From Hydrolagus affinis (taxonomy: Eukaryota): DNA of 64,000 nucleotides. Shown here piece after piece: positions 37,870-49,703 of this stretch (position 1 is the stretch's first letter; every line of letters starts with the position of its first letter). The translations under genes and the position numbers were made by a program. Under the pieces are notes generated by a model. It searched no databases. It was not told the DNA's origin and was given only the letters and a program-made list of their open reading frames with translations. The DNA lies in NCBI GenBank assembly GCA_012026655.1, contig JAAILG010000389.1, positions 1 to 64,000 of the forward strand. The letters are read 5' to 3'.

Positions 37870-38480
37870 CACATGTGCTTCGCCCGCACAAGTTTCAAAC
37901 GGTTTCTGTCTACACTCTGACAGACAGACCGAGCGCGAGCGAGCGGCGCCCGCCTGTCAAACCAACAGTCCATTTACAACCGCTCCCCCCCACGTAATAT
38001 AACATAACATTCCCGGTTAATTGAGGGGTTGTTTTTTTCCCCGTTTTTTTTAAAAAAAGGAAGTCACCCGCCGCTAAAGGAACAAGAGGATCCGACGATT
38101 CTCTCCTCATCCCCCACAGACACACTCCCCACCCACACAGACACCCACCGACCCACCCTCTCACTTTTTTTTGTCTGTCGATCTTCTCTTCCTCCCTCCC
38201 TGGCTCGCTCGCTCACCTGTTGGCATCGCAGGCCGCTCGGCGGGCTCCTTCTCTCCGTCTCGCCGTCGGCTTGCCTCTGAGGGAAGACAATAGCAGCGCC
38301 GCCGCTCGCCGACCCCGCCATGGCGCTTCACTCGCTCGTTTGTTCGCCCGCCCAGCCCAAGACAGGATGTGACGCGCGCCCGATGGGCGGGATCGGCGGC
38401 ACGGAGAGGGTGGGGCGCGGGGCACCCCCTGCGCATGTGCATGGCCGCCCTCACAGCTACATGTGCACACGCAACTACAT
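37870..38480 (-). promoter_or_regulatory. CpG island / internal promoter of DLGAP4 short isoform
   Basis: Dense CpG in an otherwise CpG-poor window. GC boxes at 38347-38353 and 38385-38391, an NRF1-like TGCGCATGTGCA at 38430-38441, and a minus-strand donor CAG|gtgagc at 38217/38216. Confidence 0.75.
38217..38321 (-). CDS. Candidate alternative first exon of DLGAP4 (in-frame ATG at 38226; out-of-frame strong ATG at 38321)
   Basis: ATGCCAACAG|gtgagc spliced to 23959 gives MPTVSSCITTYKK. The upstream gccATGg frame is phase 0 and would stop four codons after the junction. Confidence 0.55.
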
Positions 38481-38527
38481 GACTGCCCACCCTCACACAC
38501 CCCCTCCACGTGTAGGTACAAACACAC

Positions 38528-38830
38528 ACAACCAACAACAACAACTTGTATTTATATAGAGTCCTCCCTGCATGGTGGCATCTCTGAGAGCTTCACAATG
38601 GTGAAGCCCGAGGCTGAGCTGGCTGGGTGGTTGGTTGGTTGGTTGGGAAAGGAAGGTGATTTGTAAGCGAAAGATCTTCAGGTGCGACCTGAAGATGGGG
38701 AAAGGAGGAGGTGGGGGTGAGGTGAAGGGGTTGAGGGAGAGAGTTTCAAAGTTTCGGGGCGTTAGTGGCTGAAAGTGGAGTCAGCTGATGGTGGAGCGGA
38801 GGATTCGGGGGAACGAGGAGACCAGAAGCG
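38528..38830 (-). mobile_element. L2 LINE 3' fragment
   Basis: (CAA)n-CTTGTATTTATATAG tail and a purine-rich body matching the L2 end. Confidence 0.7.
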
Positions 38831-38834
38831 AGCG

Positions 38835-39150
38835 AGGTTACCCAGGTTCTATTCCAGGGCAGGGCGAAACCTTAGGCGAGTTTTCTTTCTCCGCATACCT
38901 AACTAGGAACACGCTTATTCATCGATTTGTGGATTGCTTTTCAAGGGTAATAATCCCTTCAAAATAAAATAATAATAACTTGGTCACTTAATCGACGACT
39001 GTTTGTGGGAAACTCCTGCGGCTTGGCTGCTGTGTTTCACCCACAAAATACGCAGTCACTACACTTTACAGTATATTCTATGAAGCACTTTGAGATGTCT
39101 CAAAGGTGTGATATGGCACTATATCAAATGCAAAGATTATTATTATTATC
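38835..39150 (+). mobile_element. tRNA-derived SINE (5'-truncated)
   Basis: GGTTCTATTCCAGGGCAGGGCGAAACC through tail ATATCAAATGCAAAGATTATTATT. Confidence 0.85.
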
Positions 39151-39624
39151 ATCATCCTTCCAGTCTCGTCTCCACCATAAACCACCTACCATTCCTATCC
39201 CACTAATAAGAATATCACCTACCCTACTTTCCATCTGACAACAAGAATAACAACAACATTACATTTGTATACTGCCTTTCATGTCAGGAGGACGTCCCAA
39301 GGCACTGATACCCAATTTTCTGCCTCCAAATTCCAATATCCAAACGGGATCATTCGGATGTGGTTGATAACATGTTTGCATTTGATATAGCACACGTTAA
39401 TGTTGCAATGTCTCAAATTACTTCACAGAGAATTTCTGTTGGCAAAGACAGCAGGCAATATTTGCTTGGTGGGTCTCCCAAACAGCCACAAAGTTAAATG
39501 GTCAATTTGACTGGAGCATTGTTCAATTGGATACAAGGAGAAACTTTCTTTGTGAATAGTTAATGCGATCTTTGCCATCCACTCTGAGAAAACACAGACA
39601 GAATTACAATTTAATAAAACTTCT

Positions 39625-39740
39625 ATAAAAACAGAAGTCGCTGGGAACACTTAGTAGATCATGCAGCATCTCTGGAGAGAAAGAAATGAGCTAATGTTTC
39701 ATCAACCTCTCTCCATGGATACTGCCTAATCTGCTGAGAC
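39625..39740. repeat. Dispersed repeat with internal inverted repeat (possibly a Penelope-like terminus)
   Basis: 39625-39650 matches the reverse complement of 22591-22616 at 25 of 26 bases. Arms 39650-39680 and 39708-39738 pair at 24 of 31. The family assignment is from recall. Confidence 0.5.
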
Positions 39741-40852
39741 AAGGAGGCAATTCATCTGATTGAGCCTGTTCCACCAGTTGATTACATCAATTCAAATCTT
39801 TTAATCTCAATATCCCACCCTTTTGCCAAACCCGTTAATACGTCAGCATAAGAACAGGACCTATGACAGTGGTACTGCATTTCATCCAATACATTTACTT
39901 TGCATCATAATTCTGTATTCAAATACACCAGATCTTCAACTTTGAAATAATACCATGTATAGAAGGGTGGTGCTTTTTCAGTTTATACTAATTGCATATA
40001 ACAACTTGCTGTAAAATGTAATTGTTGTTATTGAGCAGAATGAAAACAATACATTTTCAAAAAGCCTGCCTTCTCATGTTCTCCGCTGCTCAGTACAGAA
40101 AATATGTACTGACTCATCCTAGGAGTTGCCTTATACTGTATCATCTAAGTGGCCACTCTTAATGAGTCAACCAGGATAGGTATAATAATAATCTTTGCAT
40201 TTGATATAGCACCTTATCACTTCTCAAAGCCCTTTCAGTAATCTACTTTAAGTGAATTGACTGTATTTTGTGGGCAAACAAAAATATACAGTCCACCTTG
40301 TACGGTGGAGGCCATGACATTCGCAACCTAAAACTGAACTATCCCCAAATTCATAAACATGAACTTTGCACCAGTGGATAATGAGCAGGAGCCCTGAATG
40401 AGTGATTCTTCTTTCCCTAATCTGAGGCAATTGTAATAACCTCACAACTGTTTGGCTGAAGTCAGCTTCTTCGACAAAGCCAAGCTATCAAGCCTGATCT
40501 TCTAGCTCGGCAACATTCTGTTCCACAGTGGTCACATTTTTTCATGAACTGAACCCTTTAAGGAGTTGGATACGGAGTGTAAATTTAGTGGAAGATGGAA
40601 ATGGAGGAGAAGAATAGATAGTAGAGATATACAAATGTTTGAGTTTATGATTTCCAGTCAAGGTCAGATTGTGCGCACTTTCCATTTACAGACTTAAGGG
40701 AGGAAAATATTGATTGTAGCATTGTAAAGTCAAACGAAAATGAAAGCTGCCATGAAAAAGGGATACAGGGTACCAGTATCAGGATAAGGTTAAAAAAAAA
40801 ACACCAATTGGTTTGAATGAAGAAGGCCCTTGTGCTCATTTGATCTAGAGTT

Positions 40853-41115
40853 CTGTAGCCCAGTGGTGGAGCACTCGCCTTACAAGCAAGAGACCTGGAT
40901 GAAATCTTGGGTAAGTTTCCTTAATTCACATGCATGAGAATAATCCCTCAAAAAAATTGGTCATTTTCAATCCACAACTGTTTGTGGGACACAGCTGTGC
41001 GCAATTACCCACTGTGTTTCACCCTCAAAAATACAGTCAATTTACTTTACAGTATATTCTGTGAAGCACTTGAGATATCTAGAAGACGTGAAAAGCAAGG
41101 ATTATTATTATTATC
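40853..41115 (+). mobile_element. tRNA-derived SINE, internally deleted
   Basis: Head GTAGCCCAGTGGTGGAGCACTCGCCTTACAAGC, with core and tail present. Confidence 0.85.
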
Positions 41116-41337
41116 TCATCCTTTCAGAATACCCACTGTACCGTTTACTCATCACAAGCTGTTTTTAATGAAGCCCTGCCTGTTAAGCTGTTTTGACAGC
41201 AGCTAAATTGCTAAATGGATTACAAACTCAGTTAATGGGAGCTTTGTTGGGCGGTGGAGGAGAGAGAGAGGATGCATATATTGACAGAACTTTATATCCT
41301 AATTTTCTAGATACGGTGGTGGCTACAAAAAATGAGT

Positions 41338-41678
41338 CAATTTGGCTGTGCGCAATTTGGCTGCCGTGTTTTGCCCACAAATATCCAGTCAGCTTTCCTG
41401 CTTTCCTTCCCCCTACCCCGACCCCTCCTCTTGCCATCGTTCCCCTGTTTTTCCCTTAATCCCACTTCCATGACTGTTTTTGGGACACTGCTGAGTGCAA
41501 TTTGGCTGCCGCGTTTCGCCCACAAAAAAACAGTCAACTTTCCTGCTCTTCTTCATTCTGCGCTGATCCCTACCCTCCTGCTCTTGTACCCTACCTAACT
41601 GTACAGTGCCTTGGGACGTCCGCTCGACGTGAAAGGCGCTATATAAATGTAAGTTTTGATTGATTGATTGATTGATTG
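41338..41678 (+). mobile_element. Two adjacent SINE cores joined to an alternative L2 tail ending in (GATT)n
   Basis: Core GCAATTTGGCTGCCG.GTTT.GCCCACAAA occurs twice, then CAGTGCCTTGGGACGTCCGCTCGACGTGAAAGGCGCTATATAAATGTAAGTTTT(GATT)n. Confidence 0.8.
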
Positions 41679-41679
41679 C

Positions 41680-41802
41680 AAGACAGTAGGTCAGAGATAG
41701 GCGGGGGCAAGGCCGTGAATGGCCTTGAAAGTGAGGACGAGGATCTTGAATTTGATCCTCTGAGGGGCGGGGAGCCAATGGAGACGGGCGAGGGTGGGAG
41801 TT
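41680..41802 (-). mobile_element. L2 LINE ORF2 fragment
   Basis: Minus strand encodes TPTLARLHWLPAPQRIKFKILVLTFKAIHGLAPAYL. Confidence 0.88.
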
Positions 41803-42984
41803 ACCATATGTATACTAGTATACCATGTGAAGTGCTTTGAGGCATTTCAATGATATGATAGAGTGATATATCAAATACAATGTTTTTGTAAAAAAAATCT
41901 ACCTGATGTGAAAGACCCAATATCAAGTGAAAGGATTTTTAGCATTATTATCAATTTACAATATTCCTTTTTCAAAAACATCAAACATTAATTCGCTTAT
42001 GTCCTATGGTTAAAAGTGGCATCTAGTCTCCGCATTCATATTACATCAGGATTTAACATGTCCTTTAAATGATCAGGTATTTTTAAAGCTTGCAAATCAG
42101 GAAGGGTTCATTTAGCTTACAGTCAAATTCTAAGCCTTTTCACTTGCGTGCCAATTCTATGTAGCTTTCTGCACCTGTTATCTCACATGTGACTCATAAG
42201 GATATGTCAGTTCCGTTCATGCCAATTAAGAAAAACGAGAGCTGCCATAACAATAAAAGAGAATGTGCCATCAGATATGGCACTGAGCCACACAGAATTA
42301 TTAAGGCTTGTTTCTTGGTTTCTGAGTTAATTGGTCTCAGCTTGCCATCAGTGAGGGGTGTTACACTTGGCTTCAGCATCACCATGCTAACAAGAGATCT
42401 TCACTGGAGAAGGTGGGGGGGGCTGGCGAAGAGGGAAGAGAAGACAAGGGGGGTTTGGGGTGGGGGTGGGGGGAGGTTGGGCAGAGGTAGCAAAATACAT
42501 ACATCTCATTTCAATAAAGTTATATTAATTTAGTCATCCAAGTGTGCTCACACTGTAAATAACATTTTAAAATTTCTACCTTGTATCCTTTGACTTTGGA
42601 TCCAGATAAATCCAAGATTTCAAGCGTGTCTTTCGTAAATCAAAGCAAGGATTTATTCAGACAAACTCAGACCCAACTCTGATCATCAAACTCTTTCACA
42701 AGTGCAATGCTGGGCAATGAGCAAGAAGCCTTATCAAACTCGAGGAGGCTAATTTTACACCAACAGCAGGTGACACACAACCTCAACACGCAACATGCTT
42801 TTTATGCTCACTCATTTATTTTATGAGCTAATTTTAAACCAATGCCTGCCATGTATTTATTACCTGCTCAGTTTCAGTTTCGGTTGCACAGATAATATAA
42901 CAACTGTGCAAACAATGAGGCAAACTTTACCCACGTCAAAGTGCACTGCAAAAGGAATCAAAAAGAAAGAACTGTACCACAAGT

Positions 42985-43335
42985 GATGATAATAATAATC
43001 TTGTATTTCAGGTAGCTCTTTATCACGTCTTTGAGGCGCCTCAAAGTGCTTCACCGAATGTAATGTAAAGTGGATTGCCTATATATTTTGTAGGTGAAAC
43101 GCAAACAGTCGTGGATTGAGTGACCAAATTATTATTTTTTATTCAATTATTTGTTAATGGGAATATTATCCCGGAAAAAGGATCCAACAATTGCCGAACA
43201 ACTAGCTTCCTATTTACTGCTCGATAAACAGAGGCATGTAGAGTAAGGAAGCTTTCCCAATGTTTCGCACAGCCCGGGAAAATAAACCCAGGTCCTCTTG
43301 CTTGCGAGGCAAGTGCTCGAACCACTCAGCTACAA
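42985..43335 (-). mobile_element. tRNA-derived SINE
   Basis: Head GTAGCTGAGTGGTTCGAGCACTTGCCTCGCAAGCAAGAGGACCTGGGTTT, similar to tRNA-Ala, plus tail. Confidence 0.9.
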
Positions 43336-44364
43336 TATGACAAGCATAGCATGCAAATATTTCTTCTTTACAAATACAATATAATCAAGCCCTCATTTAA
43401 AATGCCCTGTTCAATTTCCTGCTTATTATTTGGAAGAAAGAGAGATGAATTACGGTACCGTGTGATCCAATGATGCTATATGTTCCTGTTCTGAATCGTA
43501 TGAAATCTGTAGTCCATCAAATAAAATGATCCAAAAAATGAACGCAGCTATGCCAGTTTAGTTTGCGATGCAGTTGTCTGGTCTGTCACTTGACTGATGC
43601 CAGATGCACTTTGCTTTCCTTACAACCTTATCGCATTAATTTCCAATTTTGTTGGACCCAAAATCTGGCAACAGACCCAGTCTCGCAGCTCTGTGGAACC
43701 AACTATCTGGCTACAATCCCAGCCTGCACATACAGGAACAAATGGTGAATAGTGTATATTACGCTGAAACAGGGAACAAAGATCAACTATAACACTAACT
43801 GATTGGTATAACTTCCTGTGTGCGTGTATATTTTTAAAACTTTTTTTATTATCTGACAACTGCTTCTATGTTTCTGTATTCCTTCTGGTTAATGGTGTTC
43901 CTTCCCGTTCGTTTCAGTTCTTTTCTGCTTTTATGAATATTCTTCACATGCACCGAATATAGTCCAATTTATTTACTGTTGTTCCTCATGGACCCTATGT
44001 TATTCAAATCTGGCTACAATCCCAGGCAGCAGCAGCATGAACTAACCCTGTGTGTAATAGGCTGGAAAGGGAAAGAAAGATCATATGTGCATTTTGAATG
44101 TTATATATAAATGTAAGTTTGTTGTTGTTGCCATGTCCAATTAGTTTTTTGGGGGAAAATACTTTGGGTTTGATTTTGTGCAACGTAATTTTCTCTTCCT
44201 GCTTTGTTTGCCACTTTGTTAGATTTATCTCTTCCACCCTTTATTTGCTCTTGGCCTTTGATAGTTGGGACCTATTCTTTTGTGATCTCCCTGTGAGATG
44301 TTGATCGATCGGTGGAAGAAGCACCATTTCAAAAGGAAGGAAAGCATGGGAGGAATGAAATAAT

Positions 44365-44590
44365 ACTATATAATGTATTCTTCTAGATGTCTCAAAGCGC
44401 TTCACAGAATATACTGTATATCCGTGGGCGAAACACGGCAGCCAATTGCGCACAGCAGTGTCCCACAAACAGTCGTGGACTGAAATGACCAATTTTATTA
44501 TTGTGTTTTTTTTGGAGAGATTATTATTAGGCGTGTGGAGTAAGGAAACTTGCTCACGCTTTTGCCCTGACCTGCATGGATTTGAAATGG
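44365..44590 (-). mobile_element. tRNA-derived SINE, same deletion subfamily as 1-165
   Basis: 44491-44586 is nearly identical to 1-96, including the same shortened interior. Confidence 0.88.
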
Positions 44591-45325
44591 GGTTGTGGAT
44601 GAGGTATAATTTGCAGAATGTGATGGGATAGATATCACCAGTGATAAAATGCACTTTTCAAAGGTTTTTAGATTTCTTCCTGGGCAAAAGTGCTTTCAAA
44701 ATAGTTTTCAATTGAGGAGATACTGCACATTATTGGAGCAGGTAAAGGAAGCTGTACACTGTATCAGATTAATGTTATCCCAGGATGTGCTGACACTAGT
44801 TTTCCAAACTGGAAACGTAAGTGTATTTCCTGTCATGAGCAGCGTGTCCACCCAAAAGTTTCACCGTCACCACATTTTGCAGTAAATCCTGTGAAACACA
44901 TTGAGACTGCCTCCAGAGATAGCTTTTGAGACAGCGCTCTGAGACAGCCTAAACGCTCTATCAAATGCAAGGATTATTATTGTTATTACCACACCTTGAT
45001 CAACACAGGCCCATGAAAAGAAAATAGAATCACTGAGTTTGGGATGGTGTTGCAATCCTTTGGTGGTCAATTGTGATGGTAAGGTTTATGTTTGTAAGAA
45101 CAGTTTTTCCACGCGATGACTTATGGATGTTAGCCAATGTTAGCAGGGATAGATAGCACAGTCACTTTGGCCACGTGAGTGGAATTGCTGGAGCCCTGGA
45201 GACAAATTGACTGGATCCCAGTTAAAAAGAAAATCAATTACAATTTCCAAAACATTTTATGCAAAGAATTACAAATCAATACGAGTCCATTAAATATTTC
45301 AATTAAAAAAAATTGTCCATTGTAT

Positions 45326-45468
45326 GCTTTGCCCACAAATATACAGTCAATTCTCCTACTCTCCTTCATCCTGCCCCAACCTCTCCCCCCTTGTTCTTGT
45401 ACTGACTGTACAGCGCCTTGGGACGTCCCATTGATGTGAAATAAATGTAAGTTTTGATTGATTGATTT
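45326..45468 (+). mobile_element. SINE 3' fragment with alternative L2 tail and (GATT)n
   Basis: Same structure as 41515-41678. Confidence 0.75.
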
Positions 45469-47346
45469 TGACTACAAAAGAGGAAAGAAAGCTCCTGATG
45501 TAGAATAATAACCCCAAATAATTAATGCTCTGGGGGAATCATAATTCCCCTTTGATCTGCAATATGAGTTGCTCGTTTAGCACTGTATCCCCCCAAATAG
45601 TGGAGAATTTTCAGATTGAGTGTGAATTTGAAATCAAGTTGTTTTGAAGAAACTGCACGGATATGAGCTCCAAATACAGACTGAATTGAAGATTTCTTCT
45701 CAATCCATGAAACTGGATGGAATTTTGCACCTCAAGTTTATTACTTTTCAATATATTACCCATTCATGGAAGTTTTATCAACAAATGCTTTCATCTCCTT
45801 TGCCCAGAAACCATAACCTCGACTATCATCTGTCTAGAAAGATGAATTGACTTACAAATAAAACTCGAATTATAATAAAAGGTGTAATTTTATCTGGTGT
45901 AGTGAAACAGAATTTGAGAAATATACAACAATGTAACAAGGTAATAATTGCACTGAAATGGAAATACCAATTCCATTGACATTCTGTCGAAAACAAAGGA
46001 CCAAATAAAATCAATATCCCTTTAAAGTGCAATGGGCTAGAGGTAGCAGACAACAACAGCGAAGGGAGCAATAATGTAGTTGCACTTCCAGATGGTTTCA
46101 TGGCCTTCCCGTTATTATGTCTACTTCACTTAATGTCAACCAAGCAGTGGCAGGTGACAGCTGAACACATATAATGTATTTTCTGATACCAGTAAAAGCG
46201 CTTGCTGCAGACTTAGCCTGAATCAATCAGTTCATATCATTGTTGAGATTGCTTTCCAATTGCACTTCAGCAAACTACTTGAACACGAGCAGAATCTGAA
46301 AGCAGCTTTTTACTCCTTTGGCTTCGAATTTGATGTCTTATGTTTCGAATAGAAGTTAATTATAAATAACCACTGCAGTAATTACCAATCTAATTGCCAG
46401 TTATTTTCTCCCTTTCATGATACAGTGCAAACGTCTGATCTGCTGAAAAACGTTCCAAACAAGATCAATGACCGACAATTCTGGGTGTCACGGTTCCTTG
46501 CCATTGATTCAGTTAACACTGCTGATCTTGATGCAATCAAAACCGTCAAACAAACTGAGGACAGGAAGCAATTTCTTTAAAGATCCCATGTCATCTCTTG
46601 GGACATTGAATAAAAACCCCATTGTTGGATGCAGGATTCATCTTTTCCAACTGTAAGTCTTTGTTTTGACTGGAAATGGGAAATGTGACACAATTCTTGT
46701 GATCTGTTTTGGGTTCAATTATAACTATCCTGAAGATAACCTGCCCTTGCATCCAGACTTTCCAATTCTGATCCACAACAATTACTGTACCACAAAACAG
46801 GAAACAAATACTATCTACAGCACTGTTTTCTCCGGATGATAGGTTATTTCAAAGTCTTTCTCGCCATAACATTGTTCTCTTACTTGATTTATTCCCCCCG
46901 ATGTAAAAGGCACTCTATAAATATAATTTTGTTGTTGTGATACAATTTTTCATCATGGTACCTGCATTTTTTAAAACGTACATTCTACAATATTCTGTAA
47001 GGAATATCTAGTGTACATTTACTCCAAGAAGAAACTGCAAACGGTAACACCAAATTAAAATGGTTTGAAAACGAGCAAATGGGGAGATTAGTAAATAGGA
47101 TTTGCCGTATCATACTGTGAAAGATGGCTGACGAGGAATCTATATCAGCTTTCAGAAGAGAACTAGACAGATATCTTAAAAGGAGTAAACAACACGGGGG
47201 AAGGGAAAGGGCAGCTAAATGGGATTGAAAGGATCGCTGTTTAAAAGATACAGCACAGACACAACGTATTCTGTGTTTAGCTTTGCAAATCCTTCATAAA
47301 ATAGGAACCGTTTGTGGCAGAAGAAAATAACAAATCCAGTGACGAA

Positions 47347-47455
47347 ATAATAATAATCCTTGCATTTCATATAGCGCTATTCACATCTTATCTACGTCTC
47401 AAAGTGTTTCACGGAATGTACTGTAAAGTGAATTGACTGTATATTTGTGGGTGAA
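47347..47455 (-). mobile_element. SINE 3' fragment
   Basis: Tail consensus match. Similar fragments lie at 40185-40285, 48230-48340, 50855-51027, 52760-52880 and 54165-54280. Confidence 0.8.
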
Positions 47456-48594
47456 AGTTAGATGATAGATCTTGAGCATAGTTAGAAGCTGTGAATCTGA
47501 ATGATTGTTAATAATAAAACATGTGACACACTCTGGGGGTTTAATGTTTCCAAACTACTGACAGTTCACACCTCCAGCCATCTGTTTTCCCCATATGATA
47601 ATTTATTTTAAAGTCATTAGCATCATTACATTATCCTCTTACTTGATTTATTGCTAATATAATTTCTTTTTGTTTTAATTGCTTTTTCGTGAATATTCAA
47701 CCGTACTCTTTGTTAAAAAAAGATTGTATAATCTGTGCTGCGAATGAGTAGTTATAACTCATTTTAAGCGGCTCCATCTTTTTAATCTTAAAACCTGAAC
47801 AATAGAATTCTCATGTTCTCTATTTGCCTCGCTAAGAAAGGAAATTCCCTGTGGAAGTAGGTGAGGGACCTTTTTCCAAATCTACACGTCCCATTCCGAC
47901 ATCATCAAATAGATCTCTGAAGCAATAGAAACAGAGAAAGGGAATGTCTGAGAGTCAAGTGTGCATTGCTTTACATTATATTGAACAATGTACGTGATGT
48001 GACTGTGAACTTCCCCAATGACCCGTCATATTGAGTGCAGTGGAAATAACAGTGAGTAAAAGTGCTTGAGGGCTTAAAGGCTGAGATACAATTATGCTCA
48101 ATGCATGATAACTGGTGGTGGGGGGGAGTAGTTGTCAGTAATTTGAAGGATTTGGGCTGATGAGAACTTTGTATTGTCTATCTGGAAGCAAATGGTACAC
48201 AGTCATTGTTTTCATAGAACGTAATCTTATAATAATAATAATCCTTGCATTCGATACAGCGCCTTATTAGGACTTTGCAACATCTCAAAGCGCTTTATAG
48301 ACTGTAAAGTGAATTGACTTGTGTATCTTGCGGACGAAAATCGTATCATTCAACAAGGCCCAGGAAATCACAAGTGACCGACCGGACTTCGCCTCACAAC
48401 AATTCAGAATGATTGACATGTTCTGGAATTTCAGTCGCACTGTAAATTTCATACAGTAAACGTCAGCAATTTTACAGTATTTATAACTAAAAAAATCCAG
48501 ACCATTCAGTCAGATTTGAGGGAGGATAGTTAATTAAAATAACTTTCTGACAGTTCATATAATCACCTTGTATGACTTGTATTGTGTCAGAACC

Positions 48595-49110
48595 GTGGAA
48601 ATTCAAGTCCTCACTGAAATTTTCAAATCCCTTCATGTCCTGGCACCTCCCTATCTCTTCGACCTGCTTACCTCCAATCCACAACCCGCTGCCTCTGCTC
48701 AACTGGTTCCGGTCTTTTGCACATGCCTTGTGCTTTCTGGTCCACCAATGGTGGCCAGGCTTTCAAACATTACACAAAGAAAACTCTGGAGCAATCCTCC
48801 TCTATCCCTCCAACTTGCTCCTTCCTTCCCCATCTTCTGGCTGCGCCTGAAGACCTTCCTATTTGATCATGCCAGCAGTCATCTCCCCCTTCCCCTGGCT
48901 CAGCATCATGCTTTGCCACTGTGAAGCACTCTGGGACTCTACCCTGTGTGAAGGGCGCCGTTAAATGAAAGTTGCTGTTGAACCACAACAACAAAATTAC
49001 AGCGCCTTTCACATCAGGAGGACGTCCGAAGATGCTGAACAGTCATTGTTTCAGACCCGAACTGGGGTTGGGGACGGGGAGGGTGGAGGGAAAGGGGGGG
49101 ATTTGGGATA
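48595..49110. mobile_element. Two L2 3' fragments, tail to tail
   Basis: Plus strand: IFKSLHVLAPPYL...RLKTFLFDHA and tail to about 48980. A minus-strand tail starts at about 48983. Confidence 0.8.
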
Positions 49111-49703
49111 GATTGAAATAGAATGATAGGTTTATTTCATGTAATGTAAAAGTGTCTCAAAGTGCTTCACAAATGTGCACACCAGGCAGTGAGACGAGAG
49201 ACTAAGCAAGACGCAGACAAAAGGCATAAAGGAGCTCAATGATTGACATGTCCTGAAAAGGTGGTTATTATTCATGAAGATTAGTATTCGTACACTCAAG
49301 GGTAAGGCGGGGGAGGGGAGACAGGATCACAGCTGAACCTACCCTAATGTCTTCACACATGTACCTTCAAGCATGAGTCCCTAGACAGATCTTTGGAGTG
49401 GGATTCCTGGCTAGGCTTTTTCTCCCTCCCTGACTAAAGAACCCTCAGACCAATTAGTTGCTAACTCAGTCCTGCTCTCACACCTGCTCCTTTCTGGTCT
49501 GCCTTTATTTAGGCCATTGGAGAAGCTCCAAGCATTTTAATGTTGATGATAAAAAGATTCCAAACTCCACGTCAGCAATTGCAGGACAAAGCAGAGCAGA
49601 TCCTTGACACAACCTTGACGCCATTCACAGCCACAAAAACACGCTTGTATTCCTTAGAAAGAAAGTGGATTTTAGGGTTCAATTAAGTTTGCAATGGTTA
49701 TGT

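Noticed and set aside
37241-38666. Multiple overlapping long ORFs in the CpG island
   Set aside because: Expected from GC-rich, stop-poor sequence. The translations are low-complexity with no recognisable domains.
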